Origin: Botryllus schlosseri
Lineage: Eukaryota
Reading direction: 5' to 3'
NCBI GenBank assembly: GCA_051294905.1
Contig: CM119372.1
Location: 8,682,001-8,746,000, forward strand
Length of the DNA stretch: 64,000 bases
The position numbers and the translations under genes were made by a program. Below are positions 1 to 13,700 of this stretch, piece by piece; within the stretch, counting starts at the first letter, position 1, and every line of letters starts with the position of its first letter. The notes beneath the pieces are model-generated. The model did not search any database. It was given only the letters and a program-made list of their open reading frames with translations, and was not told the origin of the DNA.

Positions 1-2
1 AC

Positions 3-2180
3 TTGGAAGACACGAAAGGCCACACCGTAAGAGAGTGGGTCACCATGCAGGCGCCCAAGCTTGAGATATTGAACCGTTTCAAAAATTTCCTCCGCACCTC
101 GGTCGATGAGAAAAGCAATTACATTTTCCGCGAAAAAATCAAGCAAATGGTCGAGGACAACAAAGAGAGCCTGATGGTCGACTACAACATTCTCGCCGCG
201 TCTCAGGAAGTGTTGGCATTCTTCTTGCCGGAAGCGCCAACCGAGATGTTGCAGATTTTTGACGAAGCCGCGAAAGACGTAGTCCTAGCGATGTACCCGA
301 AATACGAGAATATCGCCAAAGAGATTCACGTCAGGATCTCAGAACTACCTCTAATCGAAGACATCCGATCTTTACGTCAGCTGCATTTGAACCAACTGAT
401 CAGGACTACCGGAGTCGTGACGAGCTGTACGACTATTCTACCGCAGTTGCGATTCGTCAAGTACGACTGCATGAAGTGCAGGTACGTTCTCGGGCCGTAT
501 TTTCAGGGACAAAATCAAGAACTGAGACCCGGCACGTGTCCCGAGTGTCAGAGCGTCGGGCCGTTTGAGATTAACATGGAGCAGACAGTTTATCAAAACT
601 ACCAAAGGATTACATTGCAGGAGAGTCCTGGAAAAGTGACGGCTGGGCGATTGCCACGGGCGAAAGACGCTATTTTGTTGGCGGATTTAGTGGATTCTTG
701 CCACCCTGGTGATGAAATTGAGTTGACCGGGGTGTACACTAATAACTACGACGGCTCTCTCAATACGAAAACGGGATTCCCTGTGTTTTCTACCGTAATC
801 ATGGCCAATTATATCGAAAAGAAGGATGATAAATTAGCCGTGTCGGCGCTCACAGACGAAGATATCAAGGATATTATCGCTCTTTCCAAGGATGAACGCG
901 TGGAGGAACGTATCATACACAGTATTGCGCCGTCGATCTACGGGCATGATTATATTAAAGCTGCTCTCGCTTTTGCGATGTTCGGCGGCGTGTCTAAAAA
1001 TCCAGGCGGAAAACATAAGGTCCGTGGCGATATAAATATCTTGATATGTGGAGATCCGGGCACTGCCAAGTCGCAGTTTTTGAAGTACGTCGAAAAAACA
1101 GCGCACAGGCCCGTATTCACTACCGGGCAAGGTGCGTCCGCCGTGGGGTTGACCGCTTACGTGCGAAGACATCCTGTTACACGCGAGTGGACGTTAGAAG
1201 CCGGCGCTCTTGTTTTGGCCGATAATGGAGTATGTCTGATTGATGAGTTTGATAAAATGAACGACGCAGATAGAACTAGTATTCACGAAGCTATGGAACA
1301 GCAGAGCATATCTATCTCAAAGGCCGGCATCGTGACTTCATTGCAGGCTCGCTGTAGCGTGATAGCTGCCGCCAATCCGATCGGAGGACGGTACGATTCG
1401 TCGCTGATGTTTTCGGAAAACGTCGACCTCACTGAGCCGATTCTGTCTCGTTTTGATGTGCTGTGCGTCGTCAAGGACCAGGCCGACCCCTTCAAAGACG
1501 AGCTCCTTGCAAAGTTTGTGGTGAGGAGTCACAGGAGGCATCATCCCAACGCGATGGACGACGATCAAGAACCGATTCCGGAAATAAATCCCGGAGGATT
1601 GAAGAAAGTAGATCAAGACTTGTTGAAGAAGTATATTGTTTACGCGAAGCAAAAGATCAAGCCCAAGTTACACGCGATGGACCAGGATAAGGTCGCCAGA
1701 ATGTACGCCGATTTAAGGAGAGAGTCGATGGCCACTGGCAGCATACCGATTACCGTAAGGCACGTCGAATCGATGATAAGACTCGCAGAAGCCCGCGCTC
1801 GCATGCATCTCAGGCAGCACGTCAATGATGAAGACGTGAACTCTGCGATTCGTGTCATACTCGAGAGCTTCGTGGAGACGCAGAAGTTCAGCATCATGCG
1901 CGGCATGCGGAAGACGTTTTCGAGGTATTTGAATTTCAGGAAAGACAACAACGAGCTGTTGCTTTTCGTGCTGCGTCAGCTGGTGTCAGATCACTCGACG
2001 TTTTTGAGAAACCGTTACGGCGAGATTCAGGAGTACGTGCAGATCGCGGAGAAGGAGCTGGTGGATAAGGCGAAGACGATCGGAATCACGAAACTCACGG
2101 ACTTCTATGAAAGCGAGACATTCAAGACTCATCGGTTTGTGTATGATGCGAAGAAAAAGACCATAACGCAAACGGTATAG
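3..2180 (+). CDS. MCM2: DNA replication licensing factor MCM2, 5'-partial (N-terminus lies upstream of the window); no intron in the visible 2.18 kb
   Basis: 725-codon open frame with C4 zinc finger (CMKC...CPEC), Walker A GDPGTAKS, Walker B IDEFDKM, Arg finger SRFD, and MCM2-typical segments such as [13 protein letters not shown] and [17 protein letters not shown]. Confidence 0.97.
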   Translation: MEDTKGHTVREWVTMQAPKLEILNRFKNFLRTSVDEKSNYIFREKIKQMVEDNKESLMVDYNILAASQEVLAFFLPEAPTEMLQIFDEAAKDVVLAMYPKYENIAKEIHVRISELPLIEDIRSLRQLHLNQLIRTTGVVTSCTTILPQLRFVKYDCMKCRYVLGPYFQGQNQELRPGTCPECQSVGPFEINMEQTVYQNYQRITLQESPGKVTAGRLPRAKDAILLADLVDSCHPGDEIELTGVYTNNYDGSLNTKTGFPVFSTVIMANYIEKKDDKLAVSALTDEDIKDIIALSKDERVEERIIHSIAPSIYGHDYIKAALAFAMFGGVSKNPGGKHKVRGDINILICGDPGTAKSQFLKYVEKTAHRPVFTTGQGASAVGLTAYVRRHPVTREWTLEAGALVLADNGVCLIDEFDKMNDADRTSIHEAMEQQSISISKAGIVTSLQARCSVIAAANPIGGRYDSSLMFSENVDLTEPILSRFDVLCVVKDQADPFKDELLAKFVVRSHRRHHPNAMDDDQEPIPEINPGGLKKVDQDLLKKYIVYAKQKIKPKLHAMDQDKVARMYADLRRESMATGSIPITVRHVESMIRLAEARARMHLRQHVNDEDVNSAIRVILESFVETQKFSIMRGMRKTFSRYLNFRKDNNELLLFVLRQLVSDHSTFLRNRYGEIQEYVQIAEKELVDKAKTIGITKLTDFYESETFKTHRFVYDAKKKTITQTV

Positions 2181-2266
2181 GTTTTCTAATAGTAATTCGC
2201 TTGCTTGGTATCATGTTCCGTTGGCGACTGTTTGAGTGTATATAATGCATTTGTTTTGTAGTTTGC

Positions 2267-2272
2267 AATAAA
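2267..2272 (+). promoter_or_regulatory. Candidate polyadenylation signal of MCM2
   Basis: AATAAA about 90 nt after the TAG stop. Confidence 0.55.
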
Positions 2273-2697
2273 ATATTGTGAAGCTTGTTCTTCTGAAGTA
2301 ATTGCAATTTGATGAGTTTCAGTGACGTAGGAAAGTTTATTGAGTGAATCAGTTAATGTCTTGAGTCATGACAGTTGAAACCCTTGTCCAAAATGAGAAA
2401 TGTGCAATCCGCAACACGACTGATAGTTTAGTAGGGTTACCATATTTTGGAATCGGGGAAAGTGGGGCAAATTATTCATAAAAGTTAGTTTACCGAAATT
2501 GAAAACAGCTGATTTTGAAATATTCTCCGGGAATCCTGTTGTGTTGACTACAAAGAAATGGTCATCACTTAGACACAACTCCCGATTTACCCACTTTTTA
2601 ACGATACTTGTATGGTTTTGACTTCGTATCAGATAGCCTACCATGCTGTATAGCTGAGATAATGCAATGGTATTTCTGCGGTTAGGGACGAAGCGGG

Positions 2698-3733
2698 GAG
2701 GTGGTCAGTAACGAAGTACTTCTTTTTTTAAGTACTCAGGTAGTTTTCCGCGACTTGGGTACTTACTCAAGCAGATCTAATTTTCCGCTACATCTACCTT
2801 GTAATATTTTGTGATCTACTTACTTGTAGCTATTTTCAGTTTGTCAAGTAAAGGTAGTTTAATCCTCCAGTCTGGAAGATAGCCTGAGGAATTTCGGGGC
2901 TGTTTTCACGGGGTATCAACATTTTATTTTCATAAAAGTTGAGTAAGGTCTAGAATTTTCGTCGCACACAGTGGATAAGGAGTGATTAGTATGATTTCAC
3001 GAAAGTATCGATGGATCTAATTAAGGCAGCGGGTTGCGTGGTTCCGTCAGGTGGTCAAAGTAGTCAAGAAAGCTACTCAAGTAGAAGTAGCGACGAAAAA
3101 ATCGACTCAAGTACGGGTAGAAGTACTTCTTTCATAAGCAACTTGAAATTACCTGAAATAAAATTGACCGACTTAAAATCTATTCAAGTAAGTAAGTAGT
3201 TGTGAAAACGATCGTAATTCGTTCGCATGAACTGTCAAAAGCTGCAAATTGAGCTATGCGAAGGGTGCAGAGCTTGATTCATATTGATGCATCTGCAAGC
3301 TGGATTTTCCAGATTAGCAAGACACGTAATGGGCTGCTAGATTACGATATGATATGTAATTGCTAGATTGCGAAACGGTAGGGCGCCAATGCGGTGTGAG
3401 CGGAACCAAGTAATCCGGTACATAAATTATATTCACTGATACTTCCGTGAAAACATATTTGTCACTCCATAATTATTATGTGCGAAGCGTTATGAATATT
3501 AAATGTTGGTACTCGGTGAAAACAGCCCCGAAATTCCTCAGGCTATCTTTCGTATTGGGGATTAAACTACTTCTACTTGACAAACTGAAAATAGCGAAAA
3601 GAAAGTAAGTAGGTCACAAAATATTACGAAGTAGAAGTAGAGAAAATCAGATCTACTTGAGTAAGTACCAGAAGTAGAGGAAAACTACTCGAGTACTACC
3701 AAAAAGTAGAAGTACTTCGTTACTGATCACCTC
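2698..3733. mobile_element. MITE with long (about 210 bp) terminal inverted repeats
   Basis: GAGGTGGTCAGTAACGAAGTACTTC at left and GAAGTACTTCGTTACTGATCACCTC at right; arms 2698-2910 and 3516-3733 are reverse complements; the internal part recurs near 63630-63890. Confidence 0.8.
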
Positions 3734-3922
3734 TGAATAAGTATAAGATCTCGCAGTTTTGTAACAACAGTATACTTTGAAGTCCGCAACCGTGTTCATG
3801 ATATTCGAGTCGTTTCAGAAGTGACCGGATGTTGAACTGAACACGAGCACGAACATGTCGAAAAGTCATACAGCTGCCGATTAGCCTACCCATTTTGGCC
3901 TGCTGATTACCTAGTTGTGTCG

Positions 3923-4190
3923 TGGCGAGATAGCGCAGTGTTATGATCGACGGTTGCAACACCAATAGGTTCCTGGTTCAAGTCCGACTCCAGAATTCCT
4001 ATCTATGTGTCGGAGGTTCATCTAGGCTCGTCCTCGCCATGTGATCCTCATACGCGGTGTCTTACCAAAAGCCTAGAAGTGGGTCGTGCTACAATTCGTC
4101 GGAAACGGAATAAAAATGAAGAAAATCGGCTTGGTGTACCTGACCATGACCATCGTTGTCGACTAATACCATGAATATACCACAGACAAA
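3923..4190 (+). mobile_element. tRNA-derived SINE, family S1
   Basis: tRNA-like head (TAGCGCAGTG A-box, GGTTCAAGTCC B-box); body homologous to copies at 30645, 34389, 53230 and 63199. Confidence 0.8.
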
Positions 4191-4734
4191 TTTGATTTGA
4201 TCGCGACGAGAAGCCAAGAGCAAGATTGCAAACGGGGATTCGTTATCGGGGATTTAGACCAGAACGTGTGTACGACGACTGCCGGAGGCTGCATAGTGCA
4301 GACAGCGTAAAAGTAGACGGAATCGTGCAAATAGAAGCTGAGCTGAGGGTAAGTAGCCTAATACCTGTCCCCGTCCGCAGTCGCTATTAGTGACGGCTGA
4401 AGTCAATCCGTATAATATAATACCACTGCATATGAATGCGAATCAGAAAACGAAGTATATTTTACAAAGCAGCAATAGAAATCAAAATTCAAGCTAAAAT
4501 ATAATCCTCTTATTAACCATATAAAAATTTATGACCTGTGGCATAGAATGATAAAGGCCACCGAGCAGATCATTTTCTGTCATAAGTAGCCTACCCTATT
4601 CATTGCATTGCGTCTGGCAGAACATTCCGTTCGTAACGGTCGGTAGCAACTCGCAAGCATGCATGTTAGAGGTGAACTATGAACAGATAGCGCATTTTAG
4701 CATACATATGCGTTCGCTTGCAGTAATTTACGCG

Positions 4735-7700
4735 TCACAGAGCACTCTCGGCAGCACTTCCGTTTTCGTAATACGGTGGTGGTGGACTTCCGTTGCTCAA
4801 GGTGTCTCCGTTGAGGCTAATGGCAGTCTTCAATTCGTTCTCGTAAAACTAAGGTTAAGTCATGTTACAATCGACAGTACGAAATCTATCTCAATATACT
4901 ACCTCTTTGTCAAGGGGCTCGACTGCCGTGGCCGTGTCGAAAGCTTCTTGTTGCCGAGACTGTGATTTGACCAATATATTGTTGATATGCTTCAACACCT
5001 GAGTGAAAGCTGGTCGCGATGATGCTCTCCATCTCCAGCACATGCTCATTAACTCGTACCTGAGATGTAAGCGACCGTTAATGTGCTTGTGCAATTTGTG
5101 CAATGTGCATGCAATGTACAATTTACATCGGTGTCTACAAGCCCGATTCTGTATGTAAATTTAATATATGACGATAATTGATCATTGATCACATGATCAG
5201 TATACAATGGATATAAGCTAAATTGCCAAAATCCCACTACAATCTTGCTCATATCAACTTAAATAATAGTGTTACAATAGTGCAGATTGGTCGTCATGTG
5301 TGGTGGGAAGGATAAACTGTTACATTTCATCGCCGCAAGACTTCGGTTGCTTCATTCTATATCCGGATCTCAGGGAGTCCAGAAGATCGGCAGTCTTTAC
5401 TTCCGGGTAAGGCGGACATCCCAATGTAAAGATTTCATACAAAAGATTTCCATACGACCATCTAAAATAGAATGAGATGATATTATTGTAGGGATGTTTT
5501 TACTCGAATATATATTACACAGCTGTACGGCAAAGTGTACGTACACATAGGAATCATGCAATATATATATATGCCTGCCGCGTTTCAACTTACACATCGC
5601 TCTTTCCCGTGACTGGATATTTCCCGCCCATCATTCTTTCCGGGCTTGTCCATTTCATCGGTACCGTGACTTCCCTCACGCCGGATTTGATATGTCCGTA
5701 TCTGAATAGCAAGTCGTGAACAAACGATACGCACTAAGGGCATTCTCATGCGGGTGGTACGTATCGTAACACGGATTTCGCTCAAATTCAATATACCCGC
5801 CCATACGTTTAAATATACAGTGGCGTTACAGTGTATGCTGCTATGAAGTATGGGCAATTGCGCATACTATGACATTCCGTTGTGAGATAGTAGATTGTAA
5901 AGTACGGTCATGAAAACTTCGGTCGACCCACGGATTTCGAAACCTGTGCGCTGTGCAGGGGTTTAGAAAATAGCTAACTGCGCATCGGTGCGACCATGAG
6001 GATACTCCGCATTAAAGCCAAGGACTATTGTTGGTATACCTGTACACGTCAGATGAAAGGCCGAAGTCCGACAGTTTACATATCCCTTCTTCGCCAACTA
6101 GTATGTTTCTTGCCGCGATATCGCCGTGAATAAGCCTTGTTTGTTGAAGATAAACCATTCCCTTGGCCACGTCTTTTGCCATTGTGGTCAGCGATGTTTC
6201 GGTCACTCTATAAATTGGGTCGTTTTCCCGCTTTGACGGCTTTGGAAGAATAAGTGTGCATATGTCATCAAGAACAATAGCAGATTTCCGAAGCGTATAC
6301 GACGGCATATAGATGTTTCATTTGGGCATTGTTTCATCATTCAAAAATACTCGATCATCGCGAACCCGTTATCAGCTCATTCGGAAATTATATAACGTGT
6401 AGGGTTGCAGTTTAAACAAAAATAAATTAAAGCAATGTTTAAAACAAGGCCCTTGTTTAAAACATGTTTTTTATTGTTTATTTTTTCTAGCCATGACGTC
6501 TCGAATATATATTGTGACGTCACAGTGGATTGACATTGACGATCACTGTCATAAACAGATCAAAATATCTTTAACCAGGACTACATCGTTATGCAGCATT
6601 TTTACGGTCGGCGGTCATCATCATCAGAACACCCATTCCGTACCAATGATCTATATCTACGTGCAAAAACTGACGATTACCGACGATTGCGAGGGTTCCA
6701 GCCACCCGACATCGTATATGTCGACTATTTTGGGTGTAAATCGTCCGTGGGCTCATACTACATCAGTGGTTCTTAACCTTTTTTCCTGCAGCCCCCCTTT
6801 CGAAAATTGCCTGGTTCTGCCCCTCCCATATTTCCAGGACGGTAGTAAAAACAAGGGGTAAGAGTTCAAAATCCGGTCGGTCTTTTCGGGTTGGGGCTTC
6901 ACTATTGGAAATAGCTTGAATAGCGCCCGAGGACCACTCGACTAATTAACGCTATGATAATTGTATGTGCTATATTCCAGATCAAATCGAGGTTGTCATA
7001 ACAACCATCGGGTATACGGGCTGATAGCGTCTGGTCGATTAACTTTAACATCAATGTATTCCAAACAAAGCAACTCATATTATATAACGTTCATGTTAGG
7101 TTGCGGGTCACAACACTAAACAGTATCATCCTTTATGATACGATAAAGAAATATTCTGAAGATGTAAAATTTTTAGTTCTCAAATACAAGTATATTTAGT
7201 TAATCATTTTGACCAAAAAGCTTCAGGGCATCTTTAATGTACGAAGGGCTCTCACTCTCGATCTTAAAGGTGGTAAAGTGCCCCTTTCTTCGATTTCGAC
7301 ACGTTGTTCGCTGCGGGATGAAATACCAAGTTCGAAACATTTTGTGGATAATAACCCGAGGTAGTGCGATGGTAGTATTTTAACGGGGAATTGGCGATCT
7401 AAAAGCACGCGCAATTCGTTTTACATGAATTATAATAAACCACTGCATATATGGAAACGTGTTGCAAACACGACCGGCATGTGTTTGATGGGTTAGCTGC
7501 ATCTAACTGTTATCTATGACACAATGGCTTGTAAGCAAGAGGTTCAACTACCCCTGCTGAGCACGATCGTGCCCGAACAATATATAAAAAGATCGCTTTA
7601 TTAATTCTGTCGTTTAAATTTGAAACAGTGTCGCATTTCACGAACGCCCAGGCGAGACCGCCGAAAATCACATTTTCACTGGGTCCCCTTTTTCGGGCTA

Positions 7701-10700
7701 TTGATTTTGTTAAAGTCACCAAGAGTGAGTTTTTATTTAATGTCTTGGGTCACGTTTGCTATGGGGTTTGGGGTGTGTTATTTGACTTGTTTTAGGGAGA
7801 AGGGATTATCGCAATGCTGTTTGACTTTTTTTGGGGAAAATTATTCCCGCAATGCTTAATTTTCTTGCTGTGTGCCGGGAAAAATGTAATTTTTGGCGGT
7901 TTCATCAGACCGTTGAATGGCGAAATAACAAGCTCTGCAGGAACTAAGTTATACAACGGAACCTTTCGAGTATCTCAGTAGAATGTACCCTAATAAGCAA
8001 TCAGAAATTATGAATGCAACTTTTTACTGCAACTTTTGTTAAAATTAAATGCAACTTTCTCGCGATTTTAGTGCAACAAAAACTTGCCCTACTTATTACA
8101 GAACCAACTATTGATACCTAACCAATAACCATGTATATACCATGATCGCCAAATATGGTGACGATTTGAATCTAGACGTTTGCTATTACGGAGTTGGTTG
8201 CGTTGCACGTCACTATGAGCAATGCTTGATGTATTTATATCTAATTAAATCACCAATTTTGGGTAACGTTTTCTCGAAACCCTACGTTTAGATTTGAATA
8301 AATTATAATTCAAAAAGTAACTTATCGTGTATGCATGCGCATATGGCAGGGTAAATAGAAATTTTTTTCAATAACTTGTATAGCACATTCTTTGTTGCAA
8401 ATTTTCTTGCGTAATGAATCGTAATTGCTTCTGTTACCATGATTAATGATGTAATCGAGATCCGACGCCAAGCAATAAAATAGCTATACCTCTCTAGAGT
8501 CCCACAGAAAGTGAAGCAAGTCACCGTAGCAGAGATACTCCATCACCATAAAGACCGGACTTTCGGTGGTGGAACAGCCGTGTATTTTCACGATGTTTTC
8601 GTGACTACCGACGTTAAACATGAATGATATTTCCGCCATAAAATTCAGAAGGTTTTCGTGATTGTGTATGCTCTCTGGAACGTAAACGAGACATTTCGAA
8701 ATACGGTAGGCTACTGATGCAGTTTCAGCGAAAAGAGTGCGTATTCACATTCACACCCAAAGGGCCGAAAAGGGTGGTACTCGATAACATAATATAACTC
8801 AGAGCTATATCGCGGTCATAAATCCTACTCCCTACGTGCATACCTCCCTACGGTACAACGTGCATGCACTATTTGGATTAAATCGTTGCGTTCGATTTAT
8901 ACCGCAGTATAAGTGTGAGGTAGGTTCACGTTTCGTGCGACATGGGTGTATAACTGTATATTCACACTCGTGTACCAGGGGTGGTTAATGGGTGTAAATA
9001 CACACTCTTTTCACGCAGTGTATGCAGTTATGTACTTGTTTGTACTATGTAATAAAATAGCTAATGAAATAGCCACTTATATACTTCTGCGGAGTTTCCG
9101 GTTAGTCGAAATGCAATTCTTATTCAGATAATAAAAATATTAAAATGATGTCTAAAGCCATCAATTGTACCTATAACGCTTACGTCTCGGTAGATATATA
9201 TACAGCATTATTTTACTTGAAAAGTATCAGTGACTAAACTGCAGCAGTGCGGCCATCTCAGTTGCTGTGCCCATCTACTCCTGTCTGTAATAACTACGAA
9301 TCGAATTCAATGAAAACGATTTAATCAGCCTAACCTTGTAGACATTTGACAGCGACCACTTTGGCGTCATTGTCTTCCTCAAAGTATGCGTTTTCGAAAC
9401 TCTCACTGGTCTTGACGAGGTCGTAAAATCCGTCGTTCTTGTGAATTTCGTTCTTGTCGGCGTGGTTTCCCGAATATAAGTACCCTTTGTAAACGATCCC
9501 GTAGTTCCCTCTGCCGAGAACCTCCTCAAATTGTACTTCATTCCTATTCAACTCCCGTTGCGGGCCAAACGTCGGCTGCCACGCCTGTTGTTCGATCTAG
9601 TAAATCAGGTATATATATCGTCGCTGTTGCTTCTGTCTATTTCACACATTTTGAGGAAATTTACTTTATGTGAAGTTTTCATTTCCTTCCGGCCATATCG
9701 TGGCCGCGATTAACTTTGATACTATGTGATATGCATAAACATGGCCACGATTTGACCGAAAAAATGAAATATGGTTCTCAGAATTTGAAAAATAGACATA
9801 ATACACTTTGATTCCACCGCGACGGTATATAGGCTACATGGTATACCAGATGATGGTAATACTGATCATAATCATAGCATTCACTGATGCCCTGTTACAA
9901 TCCGTACAGATAAAAAAAAGCTAGAACTGTAAGGACTCTTTGTGTGTGTACAAGCAAAGTGAAGCATACAAATATTGAATTTTTCCTACTCACAGTAAAT
10001 GTTTCGGGGTCTTGGTAGTAGCTCAATATTCCTTGCTCTATATACAAATCCGCGATAAATCTCGCCATCTCCGCGCTTGCTTTCGCTTGCCTTCGTTTTC
10101 TTATGATAAACCAGACGCAAACCGCCGCTATTATGATCAAAAACAGGATAGGCAGCACCGTAGCGAGAAGTATCGTGGTGTCCGCCGTACAGCCGCTTCC
10201 CTCCCGAAGACTAAAGACACGCGAATCAACGCTTCGCATTGATTCGTATTAAGCAACTCAACATACCCATCGCCAAAGTATCCGTCAGGACAGTAACACG
10301 CAGCCTCTGACGAAGGCGGGGGAAAGTCTTTGCAATCCGCCGTGTCTGAACAATTCTTTTCCCAGCCTTCGCAAGCATCGATTTCTTCACACCCGGTACC
10401 TAATACAATAAATGACAGTAATGACAATCAGAGACGGTCGAAGACTCGAAGTAATCAGCGTTGGCATTAAACGTAGACTAGAAGTAACGCCTTCAATTTC
10501 TACTCAATTAAAAATGTAAAAAACACAATTTCCAAGACTTGCCCAAACTGCTCGAAGTGGAAATAGAAAGGGAATGTGTGAAAAGTAATCACGCAAGTAG
10601 AAAAAAAAATTTTGGTCGCGAGGTCGCACACTTTTAGTAGTTTAGCAGGCTCTGAAATTGTATGGTGTATCATCGCGTGTGACGCATAATGACAAATGAC

Positions 10701-13700
10701 GGTGGAAATAGATGCATTTTCGAAAATGCGGGCTATATTCTGATACCGGACGATTTCACTTTTGCTGCATTCTACTACAAACCCAAAGTCAGTGGTTTTG
10801 CCGAGAAAACTGTTGAACGGTAGTGGAAGTATATAGTCTAAAAATATAACCACTTGAGCAAATATAGTGCAAAAACTTGAGTACTCGGAAAAGCAGAAGT
10901 ACGTCATCACTGACTACCTCTGATAACAAAAAATACTCGGTCTGCGTTTTACTCGGACGGCTGCATTCGGAACGGTCCGTGGAGGGAGATATGAGCAATT
11001 GAACATGAGAATGCGACATAATAGCATGCGACGCATGATTATATGGTTTACATTTCGTGTTATATAAGGTTGGGGTTAGATTTAGGGTCAGGTTGGGGTT
11101 ATGGTTTGGATTAGGATATATATACGGGTTAATTGCAGGGTTATGGCTAGGATTAGGGTTATTTTTGTGTTATAAAGTCACATGCTGCAGTGACGCATGA
11201 TAAATTGTCGCATGCTCAACTGCCGTTTTTCGTGGTGACGCATGCTCATATGTCGGGCAATGATTGGAGCATACGTCGGGTTATTACAGTATTTGTAACG
11301 GCGTGAGAAATTTTGGAAATTTAGAGCGCGTTTCAAATAAGCCGCCACGGATAACATGCTGTGGTGTGGCTGATGGTAGGTCGGCCTGAATCGATTTAAT
11401 AACATCAGTGGCACAGTGAGATGGTTTTAATAGTTACCTACGCGAAAAAAATGCGGACACAGTCTATACATGCGCTTGTTGCTCATCCCCATTAAAATAA
11501 TATACCCGATATTTCTTCTTTGTCTGTGGATCCTTATTGCTATATAGACCAGATGACAGTGGGTTGAACTATGGGGGGACTATACATTTGTGTTTCAGAG
11601 CAGTTGTGACCCCCAAATCCTTGTTGAGAATTGAAAGCTGCGGAACTTGAAATTGACTAACAAACGATTGTAAAACCCAAACCACGCAAAACCCCTTTAT
11701 GGAATAACGCGACTATAACATTCCAAGGATTTCCTTTGTCATGATACGCAGAAATAAGATGAAGCAGAGAACAAAAATGATGCATAATTTCGGATGCAAA
11801 TGCACCATTATCCGTACCTCGTGGCGTGCCGTCGCCGTAATAGCCTTCGCCGCAAACGCAAGTCGAGTTGGGGTAACCGGCGTACTGGTCGTAGCTGTAA
11901 ACACATTCCGCGTCGGCGATGCAAAATCCAAATTCCGTCCGACATAAATCATCGGGCACTGGCAGAAAGGATATTGGATTTGGCTGCAGTTCGACACAAT
12001 AGCACATCACAGGTGATGAAAAGGGTCAGTATAGGTGGTAGCACCATACAGTTTATACATTGATTAACAGCAACAAGAACAACAACAATAACAAGCACCA
12101 TATGAGAACTTCATGTGTCATTGTCACTTTGTCAGTACACAAGGTACAACGTAGCATAAATCCGATCATAGCATTACATAGAGAGAATATGCCTCAAATA
12201 TGTTGAGCTGATCTACCTATATGTCACCGTGGTTTGATAACGATAATTAAATTTGCTTCCGCACAACTATCTATAATATTTATGTCTCATGACTCAAGAA
12301 AGAATCATCCGATATGTAGATGATGCTGCCGCTGCTACTACACCTTTCGAGTCCAAGGAAAACCTAGTCAAGCACTGTCCGTTCGTGCATATTTCCGCGC
12401 TTCCGTTATAGCTAGCCAATATGAGTACTTCATGCGGTACGTCAGGCTCCAAATCATACAAGACGACCTCGTAGTAGTAGGGAGGCGGCGAGGAGCAATT
12501 TGTTGCGTTGAAATTTGTTTGGTTCGTTATCGGAATCTTTCGCGGAATCTGAATGTCGAACACTAGCATTATTCCATTGGATAACGGATATGAGCCATTT
12601 TATGGCGTGTTCGTCAAACTCATTCGCATCCGCAGGCCTTAAACAGTGGACCCCGTTAACCATATAATGGTCAGATATGTGACAGGTGTAACTCCATGTA
12701 TTCTAAAACACAATTATATGACAATATTTCCAGTGAATTAGTCTTCTGAAGTATATTTTCGACGTGGTCTCCTCATTTCATTTTTACAAATCTTTTTGGG
12801 AGCATGAGCTAAACATTCCTGCTCTATATTTGTCTATATACCCATACCCAAGTATACTAAGTTTCCGGCACTTTACTTCAGTTATTAATGTGTTCACTTT
12901 GCATATGGTGGGTTTTGAGCAATTTGCTGTTTTGAGCGTCATCCGAACCACATCGAGCCACAATTAAGCATGAGAAACGTTATTGGCGATGTCTGTACAG
13001 TAGGGCTCTTCAAAAATGACCTTTTTTCTCAAATCGTACTGGCTACTTGATAAAATTGTTAGATTACCTAATTTAAGCCTACACACAAAATTTGGTTTAA
13101 TTCCTGCCAGTAACCGCTTTGCTACAGGAGAAGAAAGTTTCTATTTATCATATAAAAATAAATAATAAAAAATTTGAACATTTTCTGTTCACCCCATCAA
13201 AGTGTTAGGCTGTCTATAGAAACGATCCTCACCAAATTTGGTTCAATTCCAACCAGTGGAAGCGGAGTTATTGCCGTCGAAAAATTTGGATTTGAATAAA
13301 ATAGTATTTACGTTGACCGATTCTTTGTTTATTTATTATAGTTGTGCTCACCGTAAATACTATTTTATTCAAATCCAAATTTTTCGACGGCTATAACTCC
13401 GCTTCCACTCTGAAAAAGATGAGTGCCGGAAAAACTCCTGGAAGTGACGGGCTGCAAAAAGAATTTTACATTAAATTTTGGAAGCAACTAGGCAAAACAA
13501 TGACGGAAATTTACAATAATGCAATGACATTCGGCAACACATGCAAATCGTGGAACAAGGGGATAGTGCAGCTATTGTACAAAAAAGGGGACGCCAAACA
13601 ATTAAAAAATTGGCGGCCGATAACGCTCCTAAATGTAGACTATAAGATCCTAACCTCAATATTAGCCAACAGATTAAAAGGAGTTACCGGGAAACTAATC

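Noticed and set aside
3923..4000. tRNA gene candidates at SINE heads (also near 34600, 55170, 63410)
   Set aside because: No complete cloverleaf; they continue into shared SINE bodies, some with TSDs
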